Source of the DNA: an uncultured cyanobacterium
Lineage (GTDB): Bacteria > Cyanobacteriota > Cyanobacteriia > Cyanobacteriales > CAWCAG01
Length of the DNA stretch: 64,000 nucleotides
Assembly: GCA_963793425.1 (NCBI GenBank)
Contig: CAWCAG010000009.1
Coordinates: 736,001-800,000, forward strand
Reading direction: 5' to 3'
Below the pieces are notes generated by a model that worked only from the letters and a program-made list of their open reading frames with translations, ran no database searches and was not told the DNA's origin. The position numbers and the translations under genes were made by a program. Every line of letters begins with the position of its first letter. Positions within the stretch are counted from its first letter, which is position 1. This document shows, one piece after another, positions 30,495 through 46,298 of this stretch.

Positions 30495-30614
30495 AGCCTG
30501 GCGAAGAGCTATTGTCCCAGGAGGCAACCCTCAAAGTATCGTCGCCGCAACAGAGTTTCACAGTCGAGTTCGGGATGGAATCGAAGTGGAGCCACTGCAC
30601 TAAATACACCAAGC
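30495..30614 (-). rRNA. rrf: 5S rRNA
   Basis: Minus strand CCATCCCGAACTC...GTGAAA...GGCGACGATA; about 120 nt downstream of 23S. Ends approximate. Confidence 0.93.
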
Positions 30615-30676
30615 AAGAAATGGAAATGCTGTGTAGAGAAGCAAAACCCTCAAGACTGCAAAGAAACAAGTAGAAG

Positions 30677-33514
<2,838 letters not shown>

Positions 33515-33723
33515 TTGTAGCTTGAAATTTGAAGATACGTTATGTAAATACTTTCTGTTTTTAGCAAACAGGGTATTTACTTACTACCTCTATTCTTTCT
33601 GCTTTCTACCTGTTTCTTATGCAGTTTTCAAGGTTCTAACTGGATAGATTTATCCAGCAGGCTCTCTATGCTCAGATACTGAGTATTAGACAAGTTGCTG
33701 AATTAAGCTTAATCCTTCTTTAT

Positions 33724-33799
33724 TGGTGGAGGTAAGCGGACTTGAACCGCTGACATCCTGCTTGCAAAGCAGGCGCTCTACCAACTGAGCTATACCCCC
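33724..33799 (-). tRNA. tRNA-Ala(TGC)
   Basis: GGGGGTATAGCTCAG...TTTGCAA...CCTCCACCA, 76 nt, in the ITS. Confidence 0.97.
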
Positions 33800-33811
33800 A
33801 ATTCAAATTGG

Positions 33812-33888
<77 letters not shown>

Positions 33889-34012
33889 TTTGTTTAGTTC
33901 ACCTGAACTCTAGTTTGAAAGCTTTACTACGCCCATTTCCTCCGAACGACCTTGGGATTGTTTTCAATCTCTTAATAACAATTGGGTTAAGAGCTGAAAA
34001 CTGGTCTCCCTA

Positions 34013-35500
<1,488 letters not shown>

Positions 35501-35710
35501 TGTGGTTTGAGTTCTTTAGCTCTTTTTCGCAACTGCAAACTAAATAGCTTGAGTTACTGTTTTATTATTTCTTTGACGAAGGTTGTTCGCAATCTATTTA
35601 AGCTCTCTTCAAAGCTTAATAGTTACTTGGTTTCGTATTACTTTCAAACTATTGTTTTTTCCAGGTGCTGGCGCTGAAAGAAGCGTGCCTCTCTCAACCG
35701 CGCATTTACC

Positions 35711-35739
35711 AATATACTCACCCTTTTATTGTTTGTCAA
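35711..35739 (-). promoter_or_regulatory. rrn sigma70-type promoter
   Basis: Minus strand TTGACA (35739-35734), 17-bp spacer, TATATT (35716-35711). Confidence 0.8.
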
Positions 35740-35835
35740 TACTTCTGAAGAAAATAATTCGGACGACAGGGACAATATATCCTAAAACCCTATACACAAC
35801 AATACTTTTGAGAGTTTTAAGAAATTGAAAATTAA

Positions 35836-36096
35836 TTACTGGTAACGATTAATCTCTTCTTGCAACCAAGCATCTACAGGAGTTCCATCTTTACGACATA
35901 GTTCTATTTCAATTATTGTGTCTAGGTCTGAACCTTCTGGAGCAGGTATTTGATGAAAAGAAATATCATACTCCAGGGGATTTTCTTTACGCTCTCGTAG
36001 CCAATCTTGCACTTTTGTCATAGCAAAGAAGGATTGCCCTTGCTCAAACATCCGAGAGAGTTGCATTCTTAGAGTGTAGGGATTGATACGGGCCAT
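35836..36096 (-). CDS. Small hypothetical protein (MARINPYTLRMQ...)
   Basis: 86-aa ORF from the internal ATG at 36096; resembles a conserved cyanobacterial hypothetical (from memory). Confidence 0.7.
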   Translation of the reverse strand: MARINPYTLRMQLSRMFEQGQSFFAMTKVQDWLRERKENPLEYDISFHQIPAPEGSDLDTIIEIELCRKDGTPVDAWLQEEINRYQ

Positions 36097-36205
36097 AGCT
36101 AAAATTCCCCATGTAATAAGTTGCAAATCTAAGTTTATAGTAATCTTGGGAGATATTAAAAGGTAAATACCAACGCCTGAATACCTAGTAGTGGAGAATG
36201 CCAAA

Positions 36206-39200
36206 CTAACTAATGGTGCGAACTGGAATTTCTACTATGAACTCCGCACCTTTGCCTGGTTCGGAGATGCAGGTAATGTTACCTTGATGACGTTCTACAA
36301 CAATTTGATAGCTAATCGATAAACCCAAACCTGTTCCTTTGCCGATTGGTTTGGTTGTAAAGAAAGGATCGAATAATTTAGAAGCTACTTCGGCAGTCAT
36401 ACCAGGGCCATTATCCTTGATACTAATAGCGACCCAACCATTATTAAGTAAGGTGCGGATATGGATATTAGGAACTTGGTGGTTTTCTTGATCTAGAGCA
36501 TCAATAGCATTAGATAAGAGATTCATGAAAACTTGGTTTATTTGTCCTGCATGGCAGGTGATAGGTGGCAAATCACCGTATTCTTTGGTAACTGTAATCT
36601 CACTTCGGTTATTCCTTCCAGATGAAAAGCGCAAACGATTTTGTAGGATCAGCAAAGTATTGTCTAAACCTTCGTGTAAATCTACTTCTTTTGCTCCTGA
36701 TTCATCTAGGCGAGAGAAGTTACGTAGAGAAAGGACAATCTGGCGAATGCGCTCTGCACCCATTTTCATTGAGCCTAATAATTTAGGTAGATCGGATTTA
36801 ATGAAGTCCCAATCTATTTCTTTCTGTGCTTGGCAAACTGCTGTTACAGGCTTAGGATAATGAGTTTCCCAAAGATTAAGAAGTTCTAGTAAGTCGTGGG
36901 TGTATTCTTTAGCATGGGCAACATTACCATAGATGAAATTAACCGGGTTATTTATCTCATGGGCAACCCCCCCTACCATCTGCCCTAAGCTAGACATCTT
37001 TTCACTTTGAATTAGTTGAGTTTGGGTGCGCCTCAGTTCATGCAAAGTTTGTTCGATTTTCTCAGCTTGAGCCTGGGCTTTAGTGGTTGCTTCTTTACTT
37101 TGATTGTAAAGTTCTGCTTGTTCAATTGCGATGGCCACAGGGGTAGCTAAAGCTTTGAGAAGTTTGACTTGACTTTTAGCCCAAGGACGAGGGCTACTAC
37201 AGCGAATACAGGCAATCACTCCTGGTTGACCTTGCTGAGTTCGAGTAGGCACTGCTAGCAGAGATTTATAATTGAGAGATTGAAAGAAACGTTGTATGGG
37301 TTGACTTTTAACTCTAGTAATGTCATCAATTTGAATTAATTCTCTTTGGAAAATTTCTTCAGTCCACTCGCCAATTTCCAAGGCAGGATAAATACCAAGT
37401 TGGTTAGGAACCCCTTCAGCTTTAGATTGGGTAACAACCTGCCAAAAAGGTTGGTTGAAATCTTTTCTATACCAAAGAAATATACACAGGTCTATAGCAA
37501 ACAATTCTCGGATTCGGTTGACTGTAGTCTGTAAAATCGTATTCAGGTTGAGGGATGTACGAATTTGAGTAACTACAGAATTAAAAAGTTTTTCTCGTTG
37601 AGCAATTTCTCGATAACGAGCTTCTGAAAGTCCGATTTGTCGTTGAGCTTGTTTTTTGGCAGTAGAGTCTACAGCTAGCCCAATAATACCTGTAACTTGC
37701 TCATTGCGGTCTTTAATCTTAGCTTTGATAATTTCTAACTCGTGGTATTTACCATCAACAAAAGGAAGAGTTTCCTCAGAAAAGTGGGGGTTTTCTTGAG
37801 CTAAACAAGCTGCATCTGAAGCTACACAGTTGGCTGATTCTGATTCCCCCAGAATTTTTTTATAATGGCTAGCTTGCAGAAATTTTGATTCAGGAACCCC
37901 CACATTTTCACAAAAAGTCTTATTAACAAATTGCATCTTTCCTTGGGTATCTGTCATCCAAATCCAAATAGGGGCATTATTTAACAAAGCTTTTAGGGTT
38001 TGTTTTTGCTCTTCTAAAAGATTCTCTGCCCGCTTACGTTCGGTTATATCAACACCAATACTCCAAGATTCCCAACCAGGAATAGGAAATTGATCAGAAA
38101 TATTTGACCAAGCAACAGTTCTCACAGAGTTATCTTTAGCAGTCATTTCCCATTCCCAACTGCGATAATTTTTCTCCTTCTTTTGCCATTGACTCATCAT
38201 AAAATTGTGATAACTAGATTCTGGATAAAGTTTGGTCAAAGCATCAGGTTGATTGACAATTTCTTGAGCAGAAAAACCTGTGACTCTTTCACATTCTTTG
38301 TTCCAGACAATGAAGTTACCCTCTTCATCTATAGCATCCATCATCACAGGCATATTTTCAATAACCGAACGCAGTTTCTGTTCTTGCTGTTTTAAGGCAA
38401 TTTCTCCTTTTTGTCGTTCTGTGACATCAAGAATTAAGGAAAGAACAGATTCAAGCTGACCTGAATTATCGAGAGAAACTGAGTTATACCACTCGCAATA
38501 AACAACAGAACCTTCTTTGTTATAGTTACGGTTGAGAATAGTGTTATGAGGTTGGCTGCCGTCAATTAGACTAGCTATTACTTGTTCAACCTGTTTTAGA
38601 TCCTGTGGAAAAATAAATTTCCATTGGTCAGGATTTTTACCTATGACTTCTTGAGGTTGCCAACCGAAAATTTCTACAGCTTTTTTTGACCAACGCTTGA
38701 CGCAAAAATGATTATCCCATTCAATAACGGCTACAGGAGAGTTTTCGACGTGAAAGTTTAATTGTTGGAGAGCTTGTTTAAGTTGTTCTGCTGTTTGCTT
38801 ACGTTCACTAACTTCTTTTTCTAAAAGTTGGTTAGCTTGTTTCATTTGCTCTGGACTTGGTAAAGCTAGAGCTTTAGGGAATAAAATGACCAACAACACT
38901 GCCGTTACTACAGAAATGCTAGCTGTAATTGCCTCAACAAATCCTGATAGCCAGTAGTTAGGATGCCAAAGAGTCCAAACACTTAAAATATGGCCAGTAC
39001 CACAAGCAATAATAAAAGCTGCGAATAATTGAAAAATCCAGTGAAAAGGAATATCAGGGCGTTTGCGGAGAAAATAAATAATTGTTATGGGAATAGAATA
39101 ATAGGATAGAGCAATTAGAGCATCGCTTATCCAATGAAGCTTCATTAGACCTGGCTGCCAGAGATAGCAGTTACCGTGAGGCATATAAGAAGCAATTGCT

Positions 39201-39226
39201 AACAGATTAGCGGTTAAATCAAACAT
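36206..39226 (-). CDS. Sensor histidine kinase: ETR1-like ethylene-binding TM domain, 3 PAS, GAF, HisKA, HATPase
   Basis: SDALIALSYYSIP...FIIACGTGH N-terminus; PAS/PAC repeats; AHEINNP, NLLSNAIDA, DNGPG, GTGLGL. Confidence 0.88.
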   Translation of the reverse strand: MFDLTANLLAIASYMPHGNCYLWQPGLMKLHWISDALIALSYYSIPITIIYFLRKRPDIPFHWIFQLFAAFIIACGTGHILSVWTLWHPNYWLSGFVEAITASISVVTAVLLVILFPKALALPSPEQMKQANQLLEKEVSERKQTAEQLKQALQQLNFHVENSPVAVIEWDNHFCVKRWSKKAVEIFGWQPQEVIGKNPDQWKFIFPQDLKQVEQVIASLIDGSQPHNTILNRNYNKEGSVVYCEWYNSVSLDNSGQLESVLSLILDVTERQKGEIALKQQEQKLRSVIENMPVMMDAIDEEGNFIVWNKECERVTGFSAQEIVNQPDALTKLYPESSYHNFMMSQWQKKEKNYRSWEWEMTAKDNSVRTVAWSNISDQFPIPGWESWSIGVDITERKRAENLLEEQKQTLKALLNNAPIWIWMTDTQGKMQFVNKTFCENVGVPESKFLQASHYKKILGESESANCVASDAACLAQENPHFSEETLPFVDGKYHELEIIKAKIKDRNEQVTGIIGLAVDSTAKKQAQRQIGLSEARYREIAQREKLFNSVVTQIRTSLNLNTILQTTVNRIRELFAIDLCIFLWYRKDFNQPFWQVVTQSKAEGVPNQLGIYPALEIGEWTEEIFQRELIQIDDITRVKSQPIQRFFQSLNYKSLLAVPTRTQQGQPGVIACIRCSSPRPWAKSQVKLLKALATPVAIAIEQAELYNQSKEATTKAQAQAEKIEQTLHELRRTQTQLIQSEKMSSLGQMVGGVAHEINNPVNFIYGNVAHAKEYTHDLLELLNLWETHYPKPVTAVCQAQKEIDWDFIKSDLPKLLGSMKMGAERIRQIVLSLRNFSRLDESGAKEVDLHEGLDNTLLILQNRLRFSSGRNNRSEITVTKEYGDLPPITCHAGQINQVFMNLLSNAIDALDQENHQVPNIHIRTLLNNGWVAISIKDNGPGMTAEVASKLFDPFFTTKPIGKGTGLGLSISYQIVVERHQGNITCISEPGKGAEFIVEIPVRTIS

Positions 39227-39458
39227 AAAGGAGCAACAACAGTTTTTTTACCTTGATTTATCATTCACCCTTGGCTCTTAGGCACATATCGAAAGTGAAG
39301 TAACAAATGCCCCCAAAAAAAACAGAAAAAGAGTCAGTCAGCCTGAACTACCTCTTAAGTTATACTTGATACTCCCCCTTCTTGGCCGCTTTATGAATGA
39401 CTAAATTTGAAATAGTTATCTACAATTTTGCTGAAATAATTTTTATTTAAACGAAAGA

Positions 39459-41084
39459 ATGTCCCCTGAAATTCAGACTAGCTTGCAAACAGCCGTTGAG
39501 AGTCGGCGCAACTTTGCAATTATTTCTCATCCTGATGCTGGTAAAACAACCCTAACAGAAAAACTTTTGCTCTATGGAGGAGCAATTCATCAAGCTGGTG
39601 CTGTGAAAGCCCGTAGGACTCAGCGTAAAGCTACTTCTGATTGGATGGAGATGGAGCAACAAAGAGGTATTTCTATTACCTCTACGGTGTTACAGTTTGA
39701 TTACCAGGATTATCAGATTAACTTACTCGATACACCAGGACACCAAGATTTTAGTGAAGATACTTATCGTACTTTAGCAGCAGCAGATAATGCTGTGATG
39801 TTGATTGATGCAGCGAAAGGTTTGGAACCTCAAACAAGAAAATTGTTTGAAGTTTGTCAAATGCGATCCCTGCCTATTTTTACTTTTGTGAATAAGTTAG
39901 ATCGTCCAGGAAGAGAGCCTTTAGAATTACTTGATGAAATTGAGCAGGAGTTGGGTTTACAAACCTATGCCGTAAATTGGCCCATTGGTATGGGAGATCG
40001 TTTTAAAGGGGTTTTTGATCGTCGTCAGCAAAAAGTTCACTTGTTTGAACGTCAGGCCCATGGTAGCAAGGAAGCAAAGGATACAATCCTTGATTGGGGA
40101 GATCCTCAGATTGAGGAAGTATTAGAACCAGAACTCTATAATCAACTTAAAGAAGATTTAGAAATATTAGAAGAAATTGGTCTGCCTCTGGATTTAGAAG
40201 CAATTCACACAGGTAAAATGGCTCCTGTTTTCTTTGGCAGTGCTATGACTAATTTTGGGGTGCAGTTGTTCTTAGATGCTTTCTTAGATTATTCCCTACA
40301 ACCCGAATCCCGTAACTCTTCTATAGGAGAAATTCCTCCTACCTATCCCGAATTTAGCGGTTTTATTTTCAAACTACAGGCGAATATGGATTCTAAACAT
40401 AGGGATAGGGTGGCTTTTGTACGAGTTTGTACGGGCAAGTTTGAGAAGGATATGAGCGTCAAGCACGCCCGTACCGGGAAAAGCATTCGCCTATCCCGCC
40501 CCCAAAAACTTTTTGCTCAAGGTCGGGAATCCTTAGAAGAAGCCTATCCTGGGGACGTGATTGGTTTGAATAATCCTGGGGTTTTTGCTATCGGCGATAC
40601 CATTTACCAAGGACAAAAGATTGAGTATGAAGGGATTCCTTGTTTTTCTCCGGAAATATTTGCTTATGTAAAAAATCCTAACCCTTCTAAGTTTAAGCAA
40701 TTCCATAAAGGGATTACAGAATTAAGGGAAGAAGGTGCGGTACAAATTATGTATTCTGCTGATGAGTTTAAACGTGATCCTATCCTCGCCGCTGTGGGGC
40801 AATTGCAATTTGAAGTTGTTCAGTTTCGCCTTAAAAATGAATATGGGGTAGAAACAAAGTTAGAAGTTTTACCCTACAGTGTTGCACGTTGGGTAGCTGG
40901 GGGCTGGGCAGCTTTAGAAAAGGCAGGACGCTTGTTTAATACAGAGGTTGTGAAGGATAATTGGGGTAGACCTGTGCTATTATTTCGCAATCAGTGGAAT
41001 GTAGACCAGATTAAGAGTGATTTTTCGGAGTTAGAGTTAACAAGTATTGCTCCGGTAGGGGCAGGCTTACAACCAGAAAAATAA
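39459..41084 (+). CDS. prfC: Peptide chain release factor 3
   Basis: [36 protein letters not shown]. Confidence 0.97.
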   Translation: MSPEIQTSLQTAVESRRNFAIISHPDAGKTTLTEKLLLYGGAIHQAGAVKARRTQRKATSDWMEMEQQRGISITSTVLQFDYQDYQINLLDTPGHQDFSEDTYRTLAAADNAVMLIDAAKGLEPQTRKLFEVCQMRSLPIFTFVNKLDRPGREPLELLDEIEQELGLQTYAVNWPIGMGDRFKGVFDRRQQKVHLFERQAHGSKEAKDTILDWGDPQIEEVLEPELYNQLKEDLEILEEIGLPLDLEAIHTGKMAPVFFGSAMTNFGVQLFLDAFLDYSLQPESRNSSIGEIPPTYPEFSGFIFKLQANMDSKHRDRVAFVRVCTGKFEKDMSVKHARTGKSIRLSRPQKLFAQGRESLEEAYPGDVIGLNNPGVFAIGDTIYQGQKIEYEGIPCFSPEIFAYVKNPNPSKFKQFHKGITELREEGAVQIMYSADEFKRDPILAAVGQLQFEVVQFRLKNEYGVETKLEVLPYSVARWVAGGWAALEKAGRLFNTEVVKDNWGRPVLLFRNQWNVDQIKSDFSELELTSIAPVGAGLQPEK

Positions 41085-41123
41085 ATCCATGATTCCCGTG
41101 GTATATAAAAAGACTATAAGTTG

Positions 41124-42839
41124 CTACCAATACAACTTTTCTGACAATAATTTCTCCGCCGCCTCTCCCTGGAGAGGTTTAGAAAACAAATATCCTTGCC
41201 CATATTCACACTGTAACCAAAGTAATTGAGAAATTTGTTCTGCTTCTTCAATGCCTTCAGCAATCACATCCATTTCTAAACCATGGGCTAAGGTAATAAT
41301 AGTGCGAATAATCTCCAAACTTTCTTCGTCAGAATCCATGCGATTAATGAAAGAACGATCAATTTTTAGGGTATCAATGGGCATTTGATGTAATCTTTCC
41401 AAACAGGAGTAACCTGTACCAAAATCATCAATGGAGAGTTTGATGCCCATTGACTTGAGCTGTTGCAGCATTCCTGTTTCTACATCATTGTGTTTCATCA
41501 TTACCCTTTCAGTGATTTCTAGCTTCAAGCTGCCTTTTCTAAGTTTAGTTTGAGCCAAGATACTCTCTAAACGGAATTGCATACCAATTTGATAGAGCAT
41601 TTGCCCTGACATATTGACGCTTATGGCAAAGGAGTCTGTTACTTTACCTTCCCTTTGCCAAGCACTGATTTGCTGGCAAGCTTTTTCCAGAATCCACCAA
41701 TCAATTGCACTTATTAAATCGCTTTCTTCTGCTAAAGGAATAAATTCGTTAGGAGAAATCCAACCTTCTGTCGGGTGTTTCCAACGTACTAGGGCTTCAA
41801 ACCCAATAATAGTGCCAGTTTTTAGGGAAACTATCGGTTGGTAAACAATTTTAAGTTGCTCATCTTGAATACCTCTTCGCAAATCTGTTTCTAGCTGTAA
41901 ACGGGCTACAGCTTGCTGGTGCATTTGAGGTTTGAAGACAGCATAACCGCTTTTAGCTTTGACTTTGGCATAATTCATTGCTGTATCTGCGGCATCTAAC
42001 CAGTCTTCTGGCTGAGAAAAATCGTTCTTTTCGAGAGAATTCTTGTTGCCAAAAGCAATTCCTACGCTGACAGGAGAATAGATTTCATGGTTACTGAATT
42101 TCAGAGGGGAGTTTAATTTTGTGGAGATAAGTTTAGCAAGGGAAATAGCATCTAACTTAAACAATTGTTCTTGCCATAAAATTGCTAAGGCTTTATCCCC
42201 TACTCGCGCTATAGGTTCATTTAGGCTTAAGAAAGCTTGAACTTCCTTTGCTATGGTAGGGATCAATTGTTCAGCGACTTGATGTCCCAAACTGTATTTA
42301 ATTTTGGCGAAGCGATCTAGGTTGATAAAAACCACAGCAAAGGCTTTTTTGTCTTGATTATTTTCTGATTTAAGCAGAGTTTCTAAGTGTTGCAAGAACC
42401 AAGTCTTATTTGGTAATCCTGTTAGGGAGTCATGAAGAGCAACTCGTTTAAGTTCATTTTCCAGTTGTTCGCAACTAGTAAGATTGTTTTTGGGTTGTAG
42501 CTTTTCTCTAAAGTTTGCAGGCAACTTTTTTAGGGATTGACAAGGATAATTATTAACTACTTGAAGCCTAGTACTAAAATTCTGATTCTGATTCAGTGTT
42601 TCTTGTTTCTGGGATTTTTTATTATTAACTCGCCAACGCAGTAATAAATAAACAAATAAACCTGTAGTCACAACGAAAATCCAGCTTCTTACATTTTGTA
42701 TTTGACTCAAAAGTTCAAGATCATCTATCAATTGTTGTAACAAAAGGTCAAAGAGTAATATCCAGACACTACTAAGCAAGAAATAAAGACTGATGAGATT
42801 ACGGGGTTGCTGGGCTATCCAACTATTATCGTTGTTCAT
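41124..42839 (-). CDS. Membrane-anchored GGDEF(degenerate)-EAL protein, probable c-di-GMP phosphodiesterase
   Basis: HDSLTGLPN; GGDEF replaced by VGDKA; intact FEALVRW, EITE, DDFGTGYS, AEGIE, QGYLFSKP. Confidence 0.88.
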   Translation of the reverse strand: MNNDNSWIAQQPRNLISLYFLLSSVWILLFDLLLQQLIDDLELLSQIQNVRSWIFVVTTGLFVYLLLRWRVNNKKSQKQETLNQNQNFSTRLQVVNNYPCQSLKKLPANFREKLQPKNNLTSCEQLENELKRVALHDSLTGLPNKTWFLQHLETLLKSENNQDKKAFAVVFINLDRFAKIKYSLGHQVAEQLIPTIAKEVQAFLSLNEPIARVGDKALAILWQEQLFKLDAISLAKLISTKLNSPLKFSNHEIYSPVSVGIAFGNKNSLEKNDFSQPEDWLDAADTAMNYAKVKAKSGYAVFKPQMHQQAVARLQLETDLRRGIQDEQLKIVYQPIVSLKTGTIIGFEALVRWKHPTEGWISPNEFIPLAEESDLISAIDWWILEKACQQISAWQREGKVTDSFAISVNMSGQMLYQIGMQFRLESILAQTKLRKGSLKLEITERVMMKHNDVETGMLQQLKSMGIKLSIDDFGTGYSCLERLHQMPIDTLKIDRSFINRMDSDEESLEIIRTIITLAHGLEMDVIAEGIEEAEQISQLLWLQCEYGQGYLFSKPLQGEAAEKLLSEKLYW

Positions 42840-43326
42840 GTCTTTATGAGTCTGTAGAGTTTGGGAGTGTTTAGGGAAGCAGGTTAAAGAAGTGTTCTTT
42901 GATCTTTACTTAACAAACAGCAACATTAAAGCACTGCTTAGAAAAGCTGGATTTTAGGGATTTAACTATTTTCAATAAGTAGCTTTAACTACTACAAGAG
43001 TGTTAATAAATAGCCTGCTGAGCATTTTAAGTGTAAATTGTCAGCAGCTACTATCACCTCCTGCTTTTTATATATCTTCAACAGTGAAATGACTGATTAC
43101 TGATCAAGTAAATAATTTTTCTCTGAAGTGATATTAACGAAAATAATCTGCAAGATAAATTTATTCAAACCCTATAGGGTATAGACAACCAGGCAAATTA
43201 GTATAAGTTGTTGAGTATTCAGTGTATATATTGTCACTAGTAGTCAATTTTTAATTGAGGGTAGAGGGAGAAAGGCAATCTTTAAACTGCACAAACTAGT
43301 TTTTAACTTATATCTAGAAAAGACTA

Positions 43327-44142
43327 CTATGACAGAGTTCCTTTGTCTGTTACCCAGCTTACAATTGCTTGAGTTAGCCCTTCTAGGGTATATTCCTCGG
43401 CTTCTATATCTACCCGATGAAAAATTTCCTGGCAACTTAGAGAGGTTTGAGGACCAATGGAAGCGATAATAATTTGGGAAAGAAAACTATCTAATTCTGC
43501 TGGTAATAAATTTGACTTTAAAAGCTGGTGGAAGTTTTTGACGGTTTTAGAACTAGCAAAAGTAACAATATCAATATTCTGCTGTTTGATAGCCTTTAAG
43601 GTGAAAGAAGGAATTTGCTTAGGACAAGCAGACTGATAAACCGGAACCTCTGTCACTTTTGCCCCTTCTTCGGTTAAAGCCTTAACCAAAAGTTCTCGCC
43701 CTCCTGTTTCTACCCTAGGGAAAAGAACTTTTTTCTCTTTTAAGGGTTCCGGAAACTCTTCTACCAAAGAATCTGCTATATAGGCAGAGGGAATAAAGTC
43801 AGCTTTCAAACTGCGTTGCTGAAGATACTGAGAAGTCTTTTTACCCACCACAGCAATTTTAATTTTCATCCTCGCCAAATCTTTAATGCTTTTCCCTAAA
43901 CTCAAAAGGCGATCGCAAAAATAATTTACTCCGTTAGCAGAAGTCAGAATCAACCAATCAAAATCTTGTAAAACTGCGATCGCCTCATCTAAACCTTGCC
44001 AGTTAGAAGGGGGACAAATTTCTAAAGCAGGCATCTCAACAACTTCGGCCCCTTGTTTTTCTAAAAGATTAGTAAATGTACTTGATTGTTGGGCCGCACG
44101 AGTGATTAAAATTGTCTTTTGGTTTAAAGGTAGTTGAGTCAT
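43327..44142 (-). CDS. hemD: Uroporphyrinogen-III synthase
   Basis: ILITR, LTSANGV, AVVGKKT, TFASSKTV, SIGPQT. Start is 44142 or 44181. Confidence 0.92.
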   Translation of the reverse strand: MTQLPLNQKTILITRAAQQSSTFTNLLEKQGAEVVEMPALEICPPSNWQGLDEAIAVLQDFDWLILTSANGVNYFCDRLLSLGKSIKDLARMKIKIAVVGKKTSQYLQQRSLKADFIPSAYIADSLVEEFPEPLKEKKVLFPRVETGGRELLVKALTEEGAKVTEVPVYQSACPKQIPSFTLKAIKQQNIDIVTFASSKTVKNFHQLLKSNLLPAELDSFLSQIIIASIGPQTSLSCQEIFHRVDIEAEEYTLEGLTQAIVSWVTDKGTLS

Positions 44143-44250
44143 TTTTTTAGTTGGAGAAGCAACATCAAGAAATTCAACCATTAATTATCCTGCTTTGTTA
44201 GGACAAAAAACCAACTTGACAAAAAAACAAAGACAAACAAACTATCAATT

Positions 44251-46284
44251 ATGACTCGCTTACCCAACCAACGCTGGCAAATTGCCTCCCCTCCTCCAGA
44301 ACAAGTTTCTCTACTAATTCAAGCAACGGGTTTGCCCAGTCTCCTGGCTAAAGTTGTCATTAACCGCAGCATCAAAACCCCCGAACAAGCAGAAATTTAT
44401 CTTGATCCAGAATCTCAAACCTTGCCCCCCCCCATTGATGAATTTGCTGATTTGGGCGTTAGCGTTGATTTAATCTCTGAAGCGATCGCCGAAGGGAGAA
44501 AAATTGCTATTTGTGGAGATTATGATGCCGACGGCATGACTAGTACCGCTTTGTTATGGCGGGCTTTAGGGCATTTAGGGGCAGAGGTTAGTTATGCTAT
44601 TCCTAGTCGTATGAAAGATGGTTACGGCATCAATAACCGCATTGTCGAAGAATTTGCTAAAGAAGGAGTCGAGTTAATTTTAACCGTAGACAATGGTATT
44701 TCTGCTGTGGAACCCATCGCTAGGGCAGTAGAGTTAGGTTTAAGCGTAATTATTACCGATCACCATGATTTGCCCCCAGAATTGCCAGAAGCAGATGCCA
44801 TCCTTAATCCTAAATTATTACCAAAATCTTCTCCTTATTATGGCTTAGCAGGAGTAGGAGTTGCTTATATCTTAGCCATAACCACCGCCCAGGAAATGGG
44901 GCAACTCAAAGGTTTAACCAACCAACTCTTAGAACTATTCACATTAGGAACTATTGCAGACTTAGCCCCCTTAGTGGGAGTAAACCGCCGTTGGTTAAAG
45001 CGAGGTTTGCGTATGTTACCCAAATCTCAATTAGCAGGAGTACAAGCCTTAATTCAAGTTTCAGGAGTAAGTGAAGAACAAAAAGCCCTGCAACCCGATG
45101 ATATTGGCTTCCGTTTAGGACCGAGAATCAACGCTGTGGGGCGTTTGGCAGACCCACAAATTGTTATTGACCTCCTCACTACTAATGACCAGGGAATAGC
45201 CTTAGAAAGGGCTATGCAATGCGAACAAATCAACCGCCAACGGCAAACTCTTTGCGAAGAAATTGAACAACAAGCCATTGCCAGCCTCAAACAAAGAAAA
45301 GAAGATTGGTATAAAAAGCGAGTTTTAGTTGTTGTGCAACCAGGTTGGCATCATGGAGTCATTGGTATCGTTGCTTCGCGTTTAGTAGAACGTTATGGGG
45401 TTCCTGTCTTTATTGGTACTTACGAAGAAGATGATGATAGCAGAATTAGGGGTTCTGCCAGAGGAATACCTGAATTTAATATTTTTGAAGCCTTACAACA
45501 TTGCCAACCTCTTTTGGGTAAATTTGGGGGACACAAGGCGGCAGGAGGATTTGGTTTACCTGCTGAGAATTTAAAAGATTTTGAAACTAAGTTAGCAGAA
45601 TTTGCCCAACAATCTCTAGAACCAGATCACCTCAAACCCTTAGTCAAAATCGATGCTGAGACACATTTACGAGAAATCAACGCCTACTTATATAAACAAA
45701 TTGATAGTTTGCAACCCTGGGGAATTCAAAACCCAGCCCCCATCTTTTGGACAGCTAATGTAAGGGTTTTAGAACAAGAAAGAGTTGGTAAAGGTAAGGG
45801 GCATCTGAAGCTAGTTTTAGGGGAAGATGCCAGTAAATCTGCCCCAACATCAATTAAGGCGATCGCCTGGCGTTGGGGAGAGTATTTTCCTGTACCTTCC
45901 CGCGTTGATGTTGCTTATAAGCTGAAGGAAAACCACTGGAATGGCAAAACCAATGTAGAGTTAGAAATTGTCGGCATCAGGCTTCCTAGTTCAACAACCT
46001 CTCAAGCCATCACTCAAACTACTGCTACTCAAAAAGCACAATTCAGCTATAAAGGGCGCTTCTATAGCTGTAGCCTTTGGGAATCATTAAACGAACTAAG
46101 AATCAAAAATCCCCAAGGAAAAGTCCTAGCAGTTAGCAAAGGGAAAACCATAGCCCTCATCGGCACAACCAGAGATGATGCCCAAGAAGTTGATGTAGGT
46201 AAAAATTCCCCTTACTACTCCGTTATCAAAGCTGCCGTAGCTGCTTTAGCAAAACAAAACCCAGTAAGCAATGATCAACAATAG
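44251..46284 (+). CDS. recJ: ssDNA exonuclease RecJ
   Basis: GDYDADG, TVDNG, TDHH, GTIAD, GPRINAVGR, GSAR, GGHKAAGG. Confidence 0.95.
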   Translation: MTRLPNQRWQIASPPPEQVSLLIQATGLPSLLAKVVINRSIKTPEQAEIYLDPESQTLPPPIDEFADLGVSVDLISEAIAEGRKIAICGDYDADGMTSTALLWRALGHLGAEVSYAIPSRMKDGYGINNRIVEEFAKEGVELILTVDNGISAVEPIARAVELGLSVIITDHHDLPPELPEADAILNPKLLPKSSPYYGLAGVGVAYILAITTAQEMGQLKGLTNQLLELFTLGTIADLAPLVGVNRRWLKRGLRMLPKSQLAGVQALIQVSGVSEEQKALQPDDIGFRLGPRINAVGRLADPQIVIDLLTTNDQGIALERAMQCEQINRQRQTLCEEIEQQAIASLKQRKEDWYKKRVLVVVQPGWHHGVIGIVASRLVERYGVPVFIGTYEEDDDSRIRGSARGIPEFNIFEALQHCQPLLGKFGGHKAAGGFGLPAENLKDFETKLAEFAQQSLEPDHLKPLVKIDAETHLREINAYLYKQIDSLQPWGIQNPAPIFWTANVRVLEQERVGKGKGHLKLVLGEDASKSAPTSIKAIAWRWGEYFPVPSRVDVAYKLKENHWNGKTNVELEIVGIRLPSSTTSQAITQTTATQKAQFSYKGRFYSCSLWESLNELRIKNPQGKVLAVSKGKTIALIGTTRDDAQEVDVGKNSPYYSVIKAAVAALAKQNPVSNDQQ

Positions 46285-46298
46285 TCAACTGACAACTG

